Shown in pieces: positions 9,693 through 18,368 of a DNA stretch of 64,000 nt. The notes beneath the pieces are model-generated. The model was given only the letters and a program-made list of their open reading frames with translations, had not been told where the DNA came from and did no database searches. Made by a program: the position numbers and the translations under genes. Source of the DNA: Bacilli bacterium (lineage in GTDB: Bacteria > Bacillota_I > Bacilli_A > ML615J-28 > CAG-698); NCBI GenBank assembly GCA_050174575.1, contig JBFXJT010000003.1:1689-65688 (forward strand), given 5' to 3'. Within the stretch, counting starts at the first letter, position 1. The number at the start of each line of letters is the position of its first letter.

Positions 9693-9703
9693 TTGGAGGA
9701 TTT

Positions 9704-10726
9704 ATGGACAATCAATTAAAACAGCTGCAAGAACAATTATTAAACGAGCTTGAAAATGTAAAAACGACGAATGAACTGAACGAAACAAAAGCTCTTTACT
9801 TGGGCAAAAAAAGCCCAATTCAAGATTTGTTTGCGAAAATGAAAGATTTAAGCATTGAAGAAAAAAAGGCTTTAGGTCAAAGCGTCAATTTGTTTAAAGG
9901 TTTTGTGGAAGAGCAAATAGCTAAAAAAGCAGAACAATTGGAAAACAATAAAATTAACGCTCAATTAGAGAGTGAAGCAATTGATGTTACCCTCCCTGGA
10001 GCAACTTTTGTTCAGGGCAACAAACATCCCTTAACAAAAATGACTGAAGAAATAGAAGATATTTTTATTGGTATGGGATATAAAATTGCTGAAGGACCGG
10101 AAGTTGAACTCGATTTATTTAATTTTGAAATGCTCAATTTACCAAAAGGCCACCCAGCTCGCGAAATGCAAGATTCATTCTACATTGATGCTAATACACT
10201 TTTACGAACACATACTTCTCCTGTTCAAGTAAGAACACTTTTAGCGGCAAACAAACAACCGGTTAAAATCATCTGTCCAGGGAAAGTATATCGCCGTGAT
10301 GATGATGATGCGACCCATTCCCATCAGTTTATGCAAATCGAGGGGTTGGTCGTAGATCACAATATAACGATGTCCGATTTAAAAGGAACATTGACGCTAT
10401 TGATGCAAAAAATGTTTGGCACGAGCTTAGAAGTTCGTTTTCGCCCATCCTTCTTTCCTTTTACTGAACCAAGCGTTGAAGTCGATGTTACTTGTTTTAA
10501 ATGTAAAGGCAAAGGATGTCCGCTATGTAAAAATGCTGGCTGGATTGAAGTATTAGGGGCAGGTATGGTTCACCCTAACGTTTTAAAAATGTCGGGTTAT
10601 GATCCAAATGAATTTCAAGGATTTGCTTTTGGCATTGGAATTGAAAGAATCACAATGCTTCGATATGGAATTGATGACATTAGAAATTTTTATACTAATG
10701 ATCTTCGATTTCTTAAGCAGTTTTAG
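9704..10726 (+). CDS. pheS: Phenylalanine--tRNA ligase alpha subunit
   Basis: Class II aaRS motifs '[12 protein letters not shown]' and '[10 protein letters not shown]', with the expected length and context. Confidence 0.9.
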   Translation: MDNQLKQLQEQLLNELENVKTTNELNETKALYLGKKSPIQDLFAKMKDLSIEEKKALGQSVNLFKGFVEEQIAKKAEQLENNKINAQLESEAIDVTLPGATFVQGNKHPLTKMTEEIEDIFIGMGYKIAEGPEVELDLFNFEMLNLPKGHPAREMQDSFYIDANTLLRTHTSPVQVRTLLAANKQPVKIICPGKVYRRDDDDATHSHQFMQIEGLVVDHNITMSDLKGTLTLLMQKMFGTSLEVRFRPSFFPFTEPSVEVDVTCFKCKGKGCPLCKNAGWIEVLGAGMVHPNVLKMSGYDPNEFQGFAFGIGIERITMLRYGIDDIRNFYTNDLRFLKQF

Positions 10727-10735
10727 GAGGGTTTT

Positions 10736-13120
10736 ATGCGTGTAAAATTAGCATGGTTAAATGAATTAATTGATATATCCGACTTAAGTATCGAACAGTT
10801 GACTAAAGTAATTTCCCTTTACAGTACAGAAGTCGAGAGCGTTGAACGGGTTGCCAGTGGAACTTCCTTGGTTATCGGACATGTTTTACAATGCGAATCC
10901 CATCCTGACTCAGATCATTTGCATATTTGTTTAGTTGATATAAAAGAAGAGCAATTACAAATTATCTGTGGAGCACCAAATGTAAAGGCTGGACAAAATG
11001 TCATTGTTGCGAAAATCGGATGTAGCCTCCCTGGAGGTTTAGTCATCAAAAAAGCGAAAATTCGTGGAGTTGAATCCTCGGGCATGATTTGTTCACTTGC
11101 GGAACTTGGCATTGAAAAAAAGTACATTCCCGAAGAATACCAAGCAGGAATTTACTATTTTAAAGAATCTGTCGAAATAGGCAGTCCAGCACTAGAAGCA
11201 CTTGATCTTGCTGATGTTGTTTTAGATTTGTCGATTACCCCTAATCGTGGTGATTTAATGAGCATGTTAGGTGTTGCAATTGAGGTTGGAGCCGTCTTAA
11301 AGCGACCGTTAAAACCACTTGCTTATTCGCTTGAAAATTACGAAAAAGCACTTAATTTATCAATTACTCTAGAATCAAACAGCTGCGTTGGATATTATGC
11401 TCAAGTTTTTGAAAATATTCAAATAAAACCTTCTCCTTGGTGGCTAATTGCGCGTTTAATCGCTTTTGGCATAAGACCGATAAATAATGTAGTTGACATT
11501 ACAAATTATATTTTGGCGCTTTTTGGTCAACCGCTTCATGCTTTTGATTATGAAAAATTGGGATCAAAAATTGTTGTTCGTCAAGCTTTTGATAAAGAAC
11601 AATTTATAACTTTAGATGGAATCAAAAGAGACTTGGTTACGACAGATTTGGTTATTACGGATGGTAAAAACCCTGTTGCTCTCGCGGGAGTAATGGGCGG
11701 ACAAAACACAGAAATAACAAATACCACAAATTCCATTGTTATTGAAGCAGCTGTATTTGATCCAATGGCTGTTCGCAAAACATCCCAAAGATTAAATTTA
11801 AGAAGTGAATCATCAGCTCGTTTTGAACGTGGCGTGGATATCAATCGCACAAAAGAAGCGTTAGTGTATACACGTTATCTCTTAGAAACATTGGCGTGTG
11901 CTAAACCACTTAGCGATGTTGCTATTGCTGGTGTTGGCAATATTGAAGATACACCAATAAGCATTTCGGAACAAGATATCAATCAATTGCTTGGCATAAA
12001 AATATCCAAAAAAGAAATTCAAAACATTTTTGAACGACTGTTATTTAAAGTAACAAGTACTTCCAATTTATTAGTAATGGTTCCTAACCGGCGAAGTGAT
12101 ATTCGCATAAAAAACGATTTAATTGAAGAAGTGGGCAGAATCCATGGATACACCGATTTGCCTAACACGTTACCTGAATCATCGATTGCTGGGTCTTTGT
12201 CATTAAAGCAGGCTCAGAGACGATTAATCAAGCTCACTTTAGCAAATTTAGGTTTGAATGAAGTTGTTACTTATTCACTTGTTAATGATCAATATAATCA
12301 AGTTTTTATGCAAAATCATCTTACGGGCAGTCAACAACTAAAATTAATCAATCCGTTGACACAGGAACGAGGAATTTTAAGAAAAGGATTGTTGTTAAGT
12401 TTATTGGATGTGGTGCAATATAATTATTCTAGAAAAATGAAAGATATAGCTTTGTTTGAAGTTGGTAAAGGTTATAGTTTATTAGATTCTTCCAAAGAAG
12501 AAGAAATACTATCGATGGCAATGGCTAATAATTATTTCAGCAATATTTGGAAACACAATTTAAAAGTAGATTATTACATCATTAAAGGTGTGTTAGAAAA
12601 CCTTGCTTCTCAATTAAAAATTAAACTCGATTTTAAACCGATAAATGAACCAAGTTTGGAATTACATCCAAAAAGAAGTGCTGATATCTATTTTGAAAAC
12701 AAAAAAATCGGCTTTATTGGATGTCTCCACCCACAATTTGCTTTATCGCTTGGACTTGATGAAGTTTATGTTTGTGAAATAAAAATCAATAAAATTTTAG
12801 ATTTTGTTCCAGTACAAAATACATATAAACCAATCAGTAAATATCCAAGCATGGAACGTGATTTAGCAATCGTTCTTCCAAGAACAGTGCTTGCAAATGA
12901 TATCATCGAAACAATCAAAAAAGTTGATGATCAAATAATCAGTGATGTTTTTGTTTTTGATGTTTACACAGGGGAGAATGTGGAAAAAGACGAAAAATCA
13001 ATTGCTGTAAGAATTGTTTTCACAGCAAACGAACCGCTAAGTGATGAAGTCATTCTTCCGAAGACAAATCGAATCATGAAAGTCTTAAGTGCAAATTTCC
13101 AAGCAAAATTAAGAAGTTAA
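10736..13120 (+). CDS. pheT: Phenylalanine--tRNA ligase beta subunit
   Basis: A 794 aa protein following pheS with the tRNA-binding N-terminal domain, B3/4, B5 and the FDX-ACB C-terminal region. Confidence 0.9.
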   Translation: MRVKLAWLNELIDISDLSIEQLTKVISLYSTEVESVERVASGTSLVIGHVLQCESHPDSDHLHICLVDIKEEQLQIICGAPNVKAGQNVIVAKIGCSLPGGLVIKKAKIRGVESSGMICSLAELGIEKKYIPEEYQAGIYYFKESVEIGSPALEALDLADVVLDLSITPNRGDLMSMLGVAIEVGAVLKRPLKPLAYSLENYEKALNLSITLESNSCVGYYAQVFENIQIKPSPWWLIARLIAFGIRPINNVVDITNYILALFGQPLHAFDYEKLGSKIVVRQAFDKEQFITLDGIKRDLVTTDLVITDGKNPVALAGVMGGQNTEITNTTNSIVIEAAVFDPMAVRKTSQRLNLRSESSARFERGVDINRTKEALVYTRYLLETLACAKPLSDVAIAGVGNIEDTPISISEQDINQLLGIKISKKEIQNIFERLLFKVTSTSNLLVMVPNRRSDIRIKNDLIEEVGRIHGYTDLPNTLPESSIAGSLSLKQAQRRLIKLTLANLGLNEVVTYSLVNDQYNQVFMQNHLTGSQQLKLINPLTQERGILRKGLLLSLLDVVQYNYSRKMKDIALFEVGKGYSLLDSSKEEEILSMAMANNYFSNIWKHNLKVDYYIIKGVLENLASQLKIKLDFKPINEPSLELHPKRSADIYFENKKIGFIGCLHPQFALSLGLDEVYVCEIKINKILDFVPVQNTYKPISKYPSMERDLAIVLPRTVLANDIIETIKKVDDQIISDVFVFDVYTGENVEKDEKSIAVRIVFTANEPLSDEVILPKTNRIMKVLSANFQAKLRS

Positions 13121-13148
13121 AATAAGTAGTTACTATATTAAATAAAAA

Positions 13149-13199
13149 AAGACACATTATATGATTAAACTTTACACTTGTCATATAATGTGTTTTTTA
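13149..13199. terminator. Bidirectional terminator between pheT (+) and ispH (-)
   Basis: A 13 bp inverted repeat ACACATTATATGA...TCATATAATGTGT is followed by TTTTTTA. Confidence 0.55.
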
Positions 13200-14105
13200 T
13201 TTAATAAAATCATCATCTTTTAAATGTGATTTAAAAATATGATCGTTATTTTTTAAAGAATTGATAATTTCTTCAACAATGGCATTGGGAGTCGAAGCAC
13301 CGGCTGTCACACCAATTTTATGAAAATTTTTGAGATTTTGTCCCGTTAAATCTTCAACCCTTTCTAAAAACAATGTTTTTAATTGTGCTTTTTTTTCACC
13401 AACTTCTTTTAACATTTTAGTGTTATTGCTATTAGGGTCGCCGACTACAATTAATAAATCGAGTTTATTTTTGTAATCAATAATGGCCGTTTGCCTTAGT
13501 CTTGTTGCATTGCATACTTCTTCTACAAGCTCTAATTGAGGAACAAAAACCTTTAACCGATGATAGAAATTGGTAACATCGAGATAGGACATGGTTGTTT
13601 GCGTTGTCAACACAGCCTTTCTATCAATTGTTTTGGGAATATCGTTAAGATCGCTTTGGTCGGTGACTAAGATAATTTGATCCGATAAACCTAAAATGCC
13701 TTCTGTTTCAGGATGATGATCAACACCATAAAAGTAAACGATATATCCTTCGTTTAACTTGCTTTTAATTAGTTGGTGCGTTTTTTTCACATCTTTGCAG
13801 GTGGCATCAACAATAAACAACCCTTTATCAATAGCTGTTTGACGGATAGCATCGCTTACACCGTGGGCGGTAAAAATAATCGTTCCCGATATAACCATAT
13901 CGAGCATTTCTTTTCTTGTTTCACCATCCAAAACAATTATGCCTTTATTCTTAAAGGCATTTACAATATTCTTATTATGGACAACATTTCCAAGCATATA
14001 AATAGGTCGGATGACTGTTGGGTCATTCAATGTTTTATTGATAATGTTAATTGCTTTCGCAACCCCCATACAAAACCCTTGAGGTTTAATTTTTATAATA
14101 TCCAT
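13197..14105 (-). CDS. ispH: 4-hydroxy-3-methylbut-2-enyl diphosphate reductase (IspH/LytB)
   Basis: Matches in 'MDIIKIKPQGFCMGVAKAI', 'HNKNIVN' and 'TAGASTP'. ATG at 14105 has a GGTGA RBS; the track's longer ORF uses an upstream TTG. Confidence 0.85.
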   Translation of the reverse strand: MDIIKIKPQGFCMGVAKAINIINKTLNDPTVIRPIYMLGNVVHNKNIVNAFKNKGIIVLDGETRKEMLDMVISGTIIFTAHGVSDAIRQTAIDKGLFIVDATCKDVKKTHQLIKSKLNEGYIVYFYGVDHHPETEGILGLSDQIILVTDQSDLNDIPKTIDRKAVLTTQTTMSYLDVTNFYHRLKVFVPQLELVEEVCNATRLRQTAIIDYKNKLDLLIVVGDPNSNNTKMLKEVGEKKAQLKTLFLERVEDLTGQNLKNFHKIGVTAGASTPNAIVEEIINSLKNNDHIFKSHLKDDDFIK

Positions 14106-14208
14106 CTTTTTCACCAACTTAATTATAACATATGAAGAAGACGGATACTAACAATACTAATGAAATTTTTTAGTCATTATGATATAATACTTATCAGTGG
14201 AGGAAAAT

Positions 14209-15087
14209 ATGAACTATACTTTGCAGAATGAATATATCCAAATAACTGTTAGAAGTTATGGAGCAGAATTGATTTCGTTAAAGAGCACTAACAAAATAGA
14301 ATATATATGGCAACGGAATCCTGAATTTTGGAATCGCTGTGCCCCCGTTTTATTTCCTGTTGTTGGCCGTCTTTTAGATAAACACATGATGATTGCTAAT
14401 AAAAAATATGAAATGGATATCCATGGTTTTTTAAAAGATCAAGAATTTTCTTTGTTGTCACAAAGCGACACCCAATTGTCGCTTGTTAACCGTTTTAGTG
14501 AAGAAACACTGAAGCAATATCCATTTAAATATGAAGTAGTTATCAATTATTATTTGTTTAACAAACAATTACGAACAGAATATGTTGTGAAAAACATTGA
14601 TCAAAATGATATATTTTTTAATATCGGCGGTCATCCAGCCATCAATATACCCCTTTACCCAAATGAACAATTTAGTGATTATACAATTACATTTGAGCAC
14701 GAAGAAACATTTGATGCACCAACGATTGAAAAAAACGGAACACTTAATTTTGATGTTCCGGCAGTAACTTATACCAATTTAAAACAATTAGTCTTAGATC
14801 GTTCATTATTCTTTTTGGATACAATTGTCATTCCTAAAATAAAATCTCGGGAAGTATTTTTATTAAACAAACACCATCAGGGAATTGCTTTTCGCTTTTA
14901 TAACTTTACGACTTTTGCCATTTGGACAAGGTATCATCAACAAGCACCATTTGTTTGTTTAGAACCATGGATGGGCTATGGTGATCGCTACAATTCCGAT
15001 CATGATTTCTTGAAAAAAGATGATTTACAAAAATTACCACCAAAGACAACTTTTGTAGCTTATTATGATGTTGAATTGATGGAATAA
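14209..15087 (+). CDS. Aldose 1-epimerase family protein (LacX/GalM-like)
   Basis: Galactose-mutarotase-like features 'NEYIQITVRSYGAELISLK' and 'PVLFPVVGRL'. ATG 14209 has a GTGGAGGA RBS; the track ORF starts at an upstream GTG. Confidence 0.65.
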   Translation: MNYTLQNEYIQITVRSYGAELISLKSTNKIEYIWQRNPEFWNRCAPVLFPVVGRLLDKHMMIANKKYEMDIHGFLKDQEFSLLSQSDTQLSLVNRFSEETLKQYPFKYEVVINYYLFNKQLRTEYVVKNIDQNDIFFNIGGHPAINIPLYPNEQFSDYTITFEHEETFDAPTIEKNGTLNFDVPAVTYTNLKQLVLDRSLFFLDTIVIPKIKSREVFLLNKHHQGIAFRFYNFTTFAIWTRYHQQAPFVCLEPWMGYGDRYNSDHDFLKKDDLQKLPPKTTFVAYYDVELME

Positions 15088-15145
15088 AAAGACTATACAA
15101 AAACGAAAAATTGTAGTATAATAACATAAGCTATTAGGAGGAACT

Positions 15146-15703
15146 ATGATTACCACAAGTGATTTTAAAACGGGAATAACCATTGAATACGATGGGAATG
15201 TATATACTGTCATGGAGTTTCAGCATGTGAAGTCCGCAAACAGTATGGCATTTGTAAGAACAAAATTAAAAAACATGCGCACAGGAGCAATCATTGAAAT
15301 TGCTATCAATCCAAAAGACAAAATTAAAAAAGCGATGATTGAAAAGAAAAAAATGCAATATTTATATGATGGCGGAACTTCCCTAGTTTTTATGGACATG
15401 GAAACATATGAACAAATCGAAATTCCAAGCGACAATCTAACATATGAAAAGAACTTCTTAGTTGAAGGAGCATCAGTTTTAGTTGTTGATTTTGAAGGTG
15501 AAATCCTTGGTGTGACTTTACCTGAAAAACTTGTCTTAGAAGTTCGCGATTGCCCTCCAGGCGTCAAAGGAAATACAGCAGCTAACGCTACTAAAGAAGC
15601 GGTTTTAGAAACTGGATTTCACGTTCAAGTACCACTGTTTATTGAAGCAGGGGAAAAAATCATTGTTAACACCGTTGAAGGAAAATATTATTCCCGTGCA
15701 TAA
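15146..15703 (+). CDS. efp: Translation elongation factor P
   Basis: Matches EF-P in 'FVRTKLKNMRTGAIIE' and 'VPLFIEAGEKIIVNT'. The modified-loop tip reads K-S-A-N-S-M, with Asn where Lys/Arg is normally conserved. Confidence 0.9.
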   Translation: MITTSDFKTGITIEYDGNVYTVMEFQHVKSANSMAFVRTKLKNMRTGAIIEIAINPKDKIKKAMIEKKKMQYLYDGGTSLVFMDMETYEQIEIPSDNLTYEKNFLVEGASVLVVDFEGEILGVTLPEKLVLEVRDCPPGVKGNTAANATKEAVLETGFHVQVPLFIEAGEKIIVNTVEGKYYSRA

Positions 15704-15705
15704 AA

Positions 15706-15729
15706 AAGAGGTCACCTCTTTTTTTTCTT
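15706..15729 (+). terminator. Putative terminator after efp
   Basis: AAGAGGTCACCTCT is followed by T8. Confidence 0.4.
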
Positions 15730-15774
15730 GTATTCAATCTGTTTTTAATGTATGATTATAAAAGAGGTGATATT

Positions 15775-16542
15775 ATGTTACTTTGCATCGATATTGGAAA
15801 TACAAACATTGTTTTAGGCGTTTTTTTAGACAATCATTTATCGCATAGTTTTCGGATGCAATCTAATTTAATGAAAACAGCTGATGAATATGGGACAAAA
15901 ATTATTGATATTTTGACTTTTCATGAAATTGATTATCATGAAATAACTGGTGTTATTATATCAAGCGTTGTTCCCGGCTTGGATAGTACATTCGAAAAAC
16001 TAATTGAAACATATTTTCAAACAAAAGCTTTATTTGTTGGGCCAGGAACAAAAAGCGGCATCAAAATTAAAATTGACAATCCTAAACAACTAGGTGCAGA
16101 TATTTTGGTTGGTGCAGTAGCAACCCATCACAAGTATGGTGCTCCAGCTATAATCATTGACATGGGAACAGCCATTACATTCGCTTATTTAAATCAAGAA
16201 AAAGAATTGCTTGGTGGCGTTATCGTTCCCGGAATTAAAACGGCTTTTAGCAGTTTAGTTTCCAAAACTTCAAGATTAGAGGAAGCAAGAATTGATGTAC
16301 CTTTAAAGGTTATCGGAAAAGATACTGTTTCTTCAATTCAAAGTGGAATGGTTTTTGGAACAGCTTCCATGATTGATGGCATGATAAAAAAAATAAAAAA
16401 AGAAATGAATACTGACGAACTACTTGTTGTCTTAACTGGTGGTGAAGCACGGTTAATTAAGCCATATTTAGAAGAAAATGTCATTTACGATGAAAATTTA
16501 TTACTTGACGGATTACGCATCATTTATCAAAAAAACCAATAA
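15775..16542 (+). CDS. coaX: Type III pantothenate kinase
   Basis: 'MLLCIDIGNTNIVLGVF' is the typical CoaX N-terminus. RBS AGAGGTGA precedes ATG 15775; the track ORF starts upstream. Confidence 0.85.
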   Translation: MLLCIDIGNTNIVLGVFLDNHLSHSFRMQSNLMKTADEYGTKIIDILTFHEIDYHEITGVIISSVVPGLDSTFEKLIETYFQTKALFVGPGTKSGIKIKIDNPKQLGADILVGAVATHHKYGAPAIIIDMGTAITFAYLNQEKELLGGVIVPGIKTAFSSLVSKTSRLEEARIDVPLKVIGKDTVSSIQSGMVFGTASMIDGMIKKIKKEMNTDELLVVLTGGEARLIKPYLEENVIYDENLLLDGLRIIYQKNQ

Positions 16543-16577
16543 AAATAACCCTAGATTGAATTCTAGGGTTATTTTAT
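16543..16577. terminator. Bidirectional terminator between coaX (+) and the GNAT gene (-)
   Basis: AACCCTAGA-ttgaa-TTCTAGGGTT is followed by ATTTTATT. Confidence 0.55.
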
Positions 16578-16994
16578 TCTTCGCATGTGATAGTGAGGGA
16601 TTCTGGCATCATAGAATAATTCACCATAAACAACATAACCACATTTTTCATAAAAAGGAATGGCATGTGTTTGAGCATCAAGGATTATTTCTTTCACGAA
16701 GTTTTCATCACAATATTTGTGAAGTTCCATCATTAAAGAATAACCATATCCTAATGAACGATATTCTTTTAAAATACAAACGCGCTGAATTTTTGCTTTA
16801 TTATTGTCTATTTTGATTCTTGCTGCACCAATTGGCTTTTCGTCATCATAAACGACAAACATTACTCGATCTTTTTCTTCAAGATCGAATTCTTCTTCCA
16901 TGGTAACATTTTGTTCACCAACAAAGACAATTTTACGAACAATGAAATGATCGATTATTTGGTTTTTTGTTGTGCAAATTTCATATCTTATCAT
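16569..16994 (-). CDS. GNAT family N-acetyltransferase
   Basis: GNAT fold signatures and the RSLGYGYSLM motif A. Confidence 0.6.
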   Translation of the reverse strand: MIRYEICTTKNQIIDHFIVRKIVFVGEQNVTMEEEFDLEEKDRVMFVVYDDEKPIGAARIKIDNNKAKIQRVCILKEYRSLGYGYSLMMELHKYCDENFVKEIILDAQTHAIPFYEKCGYVVYGELFYDARIPHYHMRRIK

Positions 16995-17842
16995 ACAAAT
17001 ACTCCAGTTGCGATTAAGATTAAAACAACGGTTGCAACAAGCAAACAGTAGAAGCCAAAATATTTTATGTTTTTGTGTTTTACTAATTTAAAGAATAGCG
17101 TTATTGCAACATATGTTCCTACTAAACTGGCAATAAAGCCACCAATGTATCCTCCCCAAAAAACAGGTTCGGTAAGGGCTTCATCAGGATTGATTAAATC
17201 ATAAAGCCCTAATAAGGCAGCAGCAATACTTGCGGGGATATACATCATAAATGAAAAACGCAAGGCCTTGTCTAATTTTAGATGGTTGGCAACGCCTACT
17301 GAAGAAGTAACGCCCGAACGGCTAATTCCAGGCAATAAGCCGATGACCTGGGCACCACCCATTAATAAAGCATCTTTCCAAGTCACATCATCTCTAATCG
17401 CTTGTGTTTGTTTTTGTGCAATAAACAACAACAGCAATCCTGTAATGAAAAGGGAAATTCCTACGACTAATATATTTGTATAATATTGATCCCAATTATT
17501 AAACTTAATAATTAAACCAACGATACCTGCAGGGATTGTTGCCAGGATTATATATAAGACATAAAGGAAGGCAGGTTTTTCCTCTTTATTACTTTTAAAG
17601 AGAAATTGCCAACTTCCAACAATTAGTTGTTTTATTAATTGACGGTAATAAATGATAATAGCCAATAAGGAAGCAAAATTTACGGCAATTTGAAAATTAT
17701 TCATGGCTTCCTTAGAAACAACATTGCCAAATATTTGATCAAAAATAACCATATGGCCACTTGAGGAAATTGGTAATGGTTCTGTTACGCCCTGAACTAG
17801 ACCAAGCAATAAGTACTTGATGAATTCTATAAACTTTTCCAT
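16991..17842 (-). CDS. uppP: Undecaprenyl-diphosphatase (BacA/UppP)
   Basis: Contains 'GVTEPLPISSSGHMVIF' and 'PGISRSGVTSSVG' with ~8 TM segments. Confidence 0.85.
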   Translation of the reverse strand: MEKFIEFIKYLLLGLVQGVTEPLPISSSGHMVIFDQIFGNVVSKEAMNNFQIAVNFASLLAIIIYYRQLIKQLIVGSWQFLFKSNKEEKPAFLYVLYIILATIPAGIVGLIIKFNNWDQYYTNILVVGISLFITGLLLLFIAQKQTQAIRDDVTWKDALLMGGAQVIGLLPGISRSGVTSSVGVANHLKLDKALRFSFMMYIPASIAAALLGLYDLINPDEALTEPVFWGGYIGGFIASLVGTYVAITLFFKLVKHKNIKYFGFYCLLVATVVLILIATGVFV

Positions 17843-17966
17843 ATCTTCACCCCTATTAGTTGGTAATATTATACTCTAAAAATGCAAAGATGAAAACCAT
17901 TTACCGAAATATTTATTAACAAAGTTTTAAAAAGATGGTATAATTATTAAAAAGGAGAATAAAAAA

Positions 17967-18368
17967 ATGTTTTTAGAAATAGGTAAAGAGACCCTAGTGC
18001 TCATTCTTTTGGCGCTCTGTTTATTGCCGATAATTGGATTGATGTTATATGCTATCATCGTTGCCCTAAAAAAGCGCAACAAATTATCGCAAGCCCAACA
18101 AGTAGCGATTGCCCAAGATACAGACACAACCCAAAGCCAATTATTTTTTCAATTATTTGGGCAAAAAGATAACATCGTTGCTGTAACACAAGAAATGAGT
18201 CGCGTTAGTGTCCAAGTTAAAGATTTAAGCAAAGTATCCTTAGAAGAATTAAAAAACCAAGGTGCCACTGGGATTTTAGTTGTTGGGGATACGGTTAAAT
18301 GTGCTTTCGGCGATCGTGCTGTTTACATTTATAATATTTTAAAGGAATTTTCAAAAAACGATGAATAA
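17967..18368 (+). CDS. Membrane-anchored PTS EIIB(Glc)-like domain protein with the phospho-Cys replaced by Glu
   Basis: After an N-terminal TM helix, the C-terminal ~75 aa align well to the E. coli PtsG IIB domain: 'KDNIVAVTQEMSRVSVQVKDLSKV...GILVVGDTVKCAFGD' against '[24 protein letters not shown]...GVVVAGSGVQAIFG'. The catalytic Cys position is Glu. Confidence 0.5.
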   Translation: MFLEIGKETLVLILLALCLLPIIGLMLYAIIVALKKRNKLSQAQQVAIAQDTDTTQSQLFFQLFGQKDNIVAVTQEMSRVSVQVKDLSKVSLEELKNQGATGILVVGDTVKCAFGDRAVYIYNILKEFSKNDE

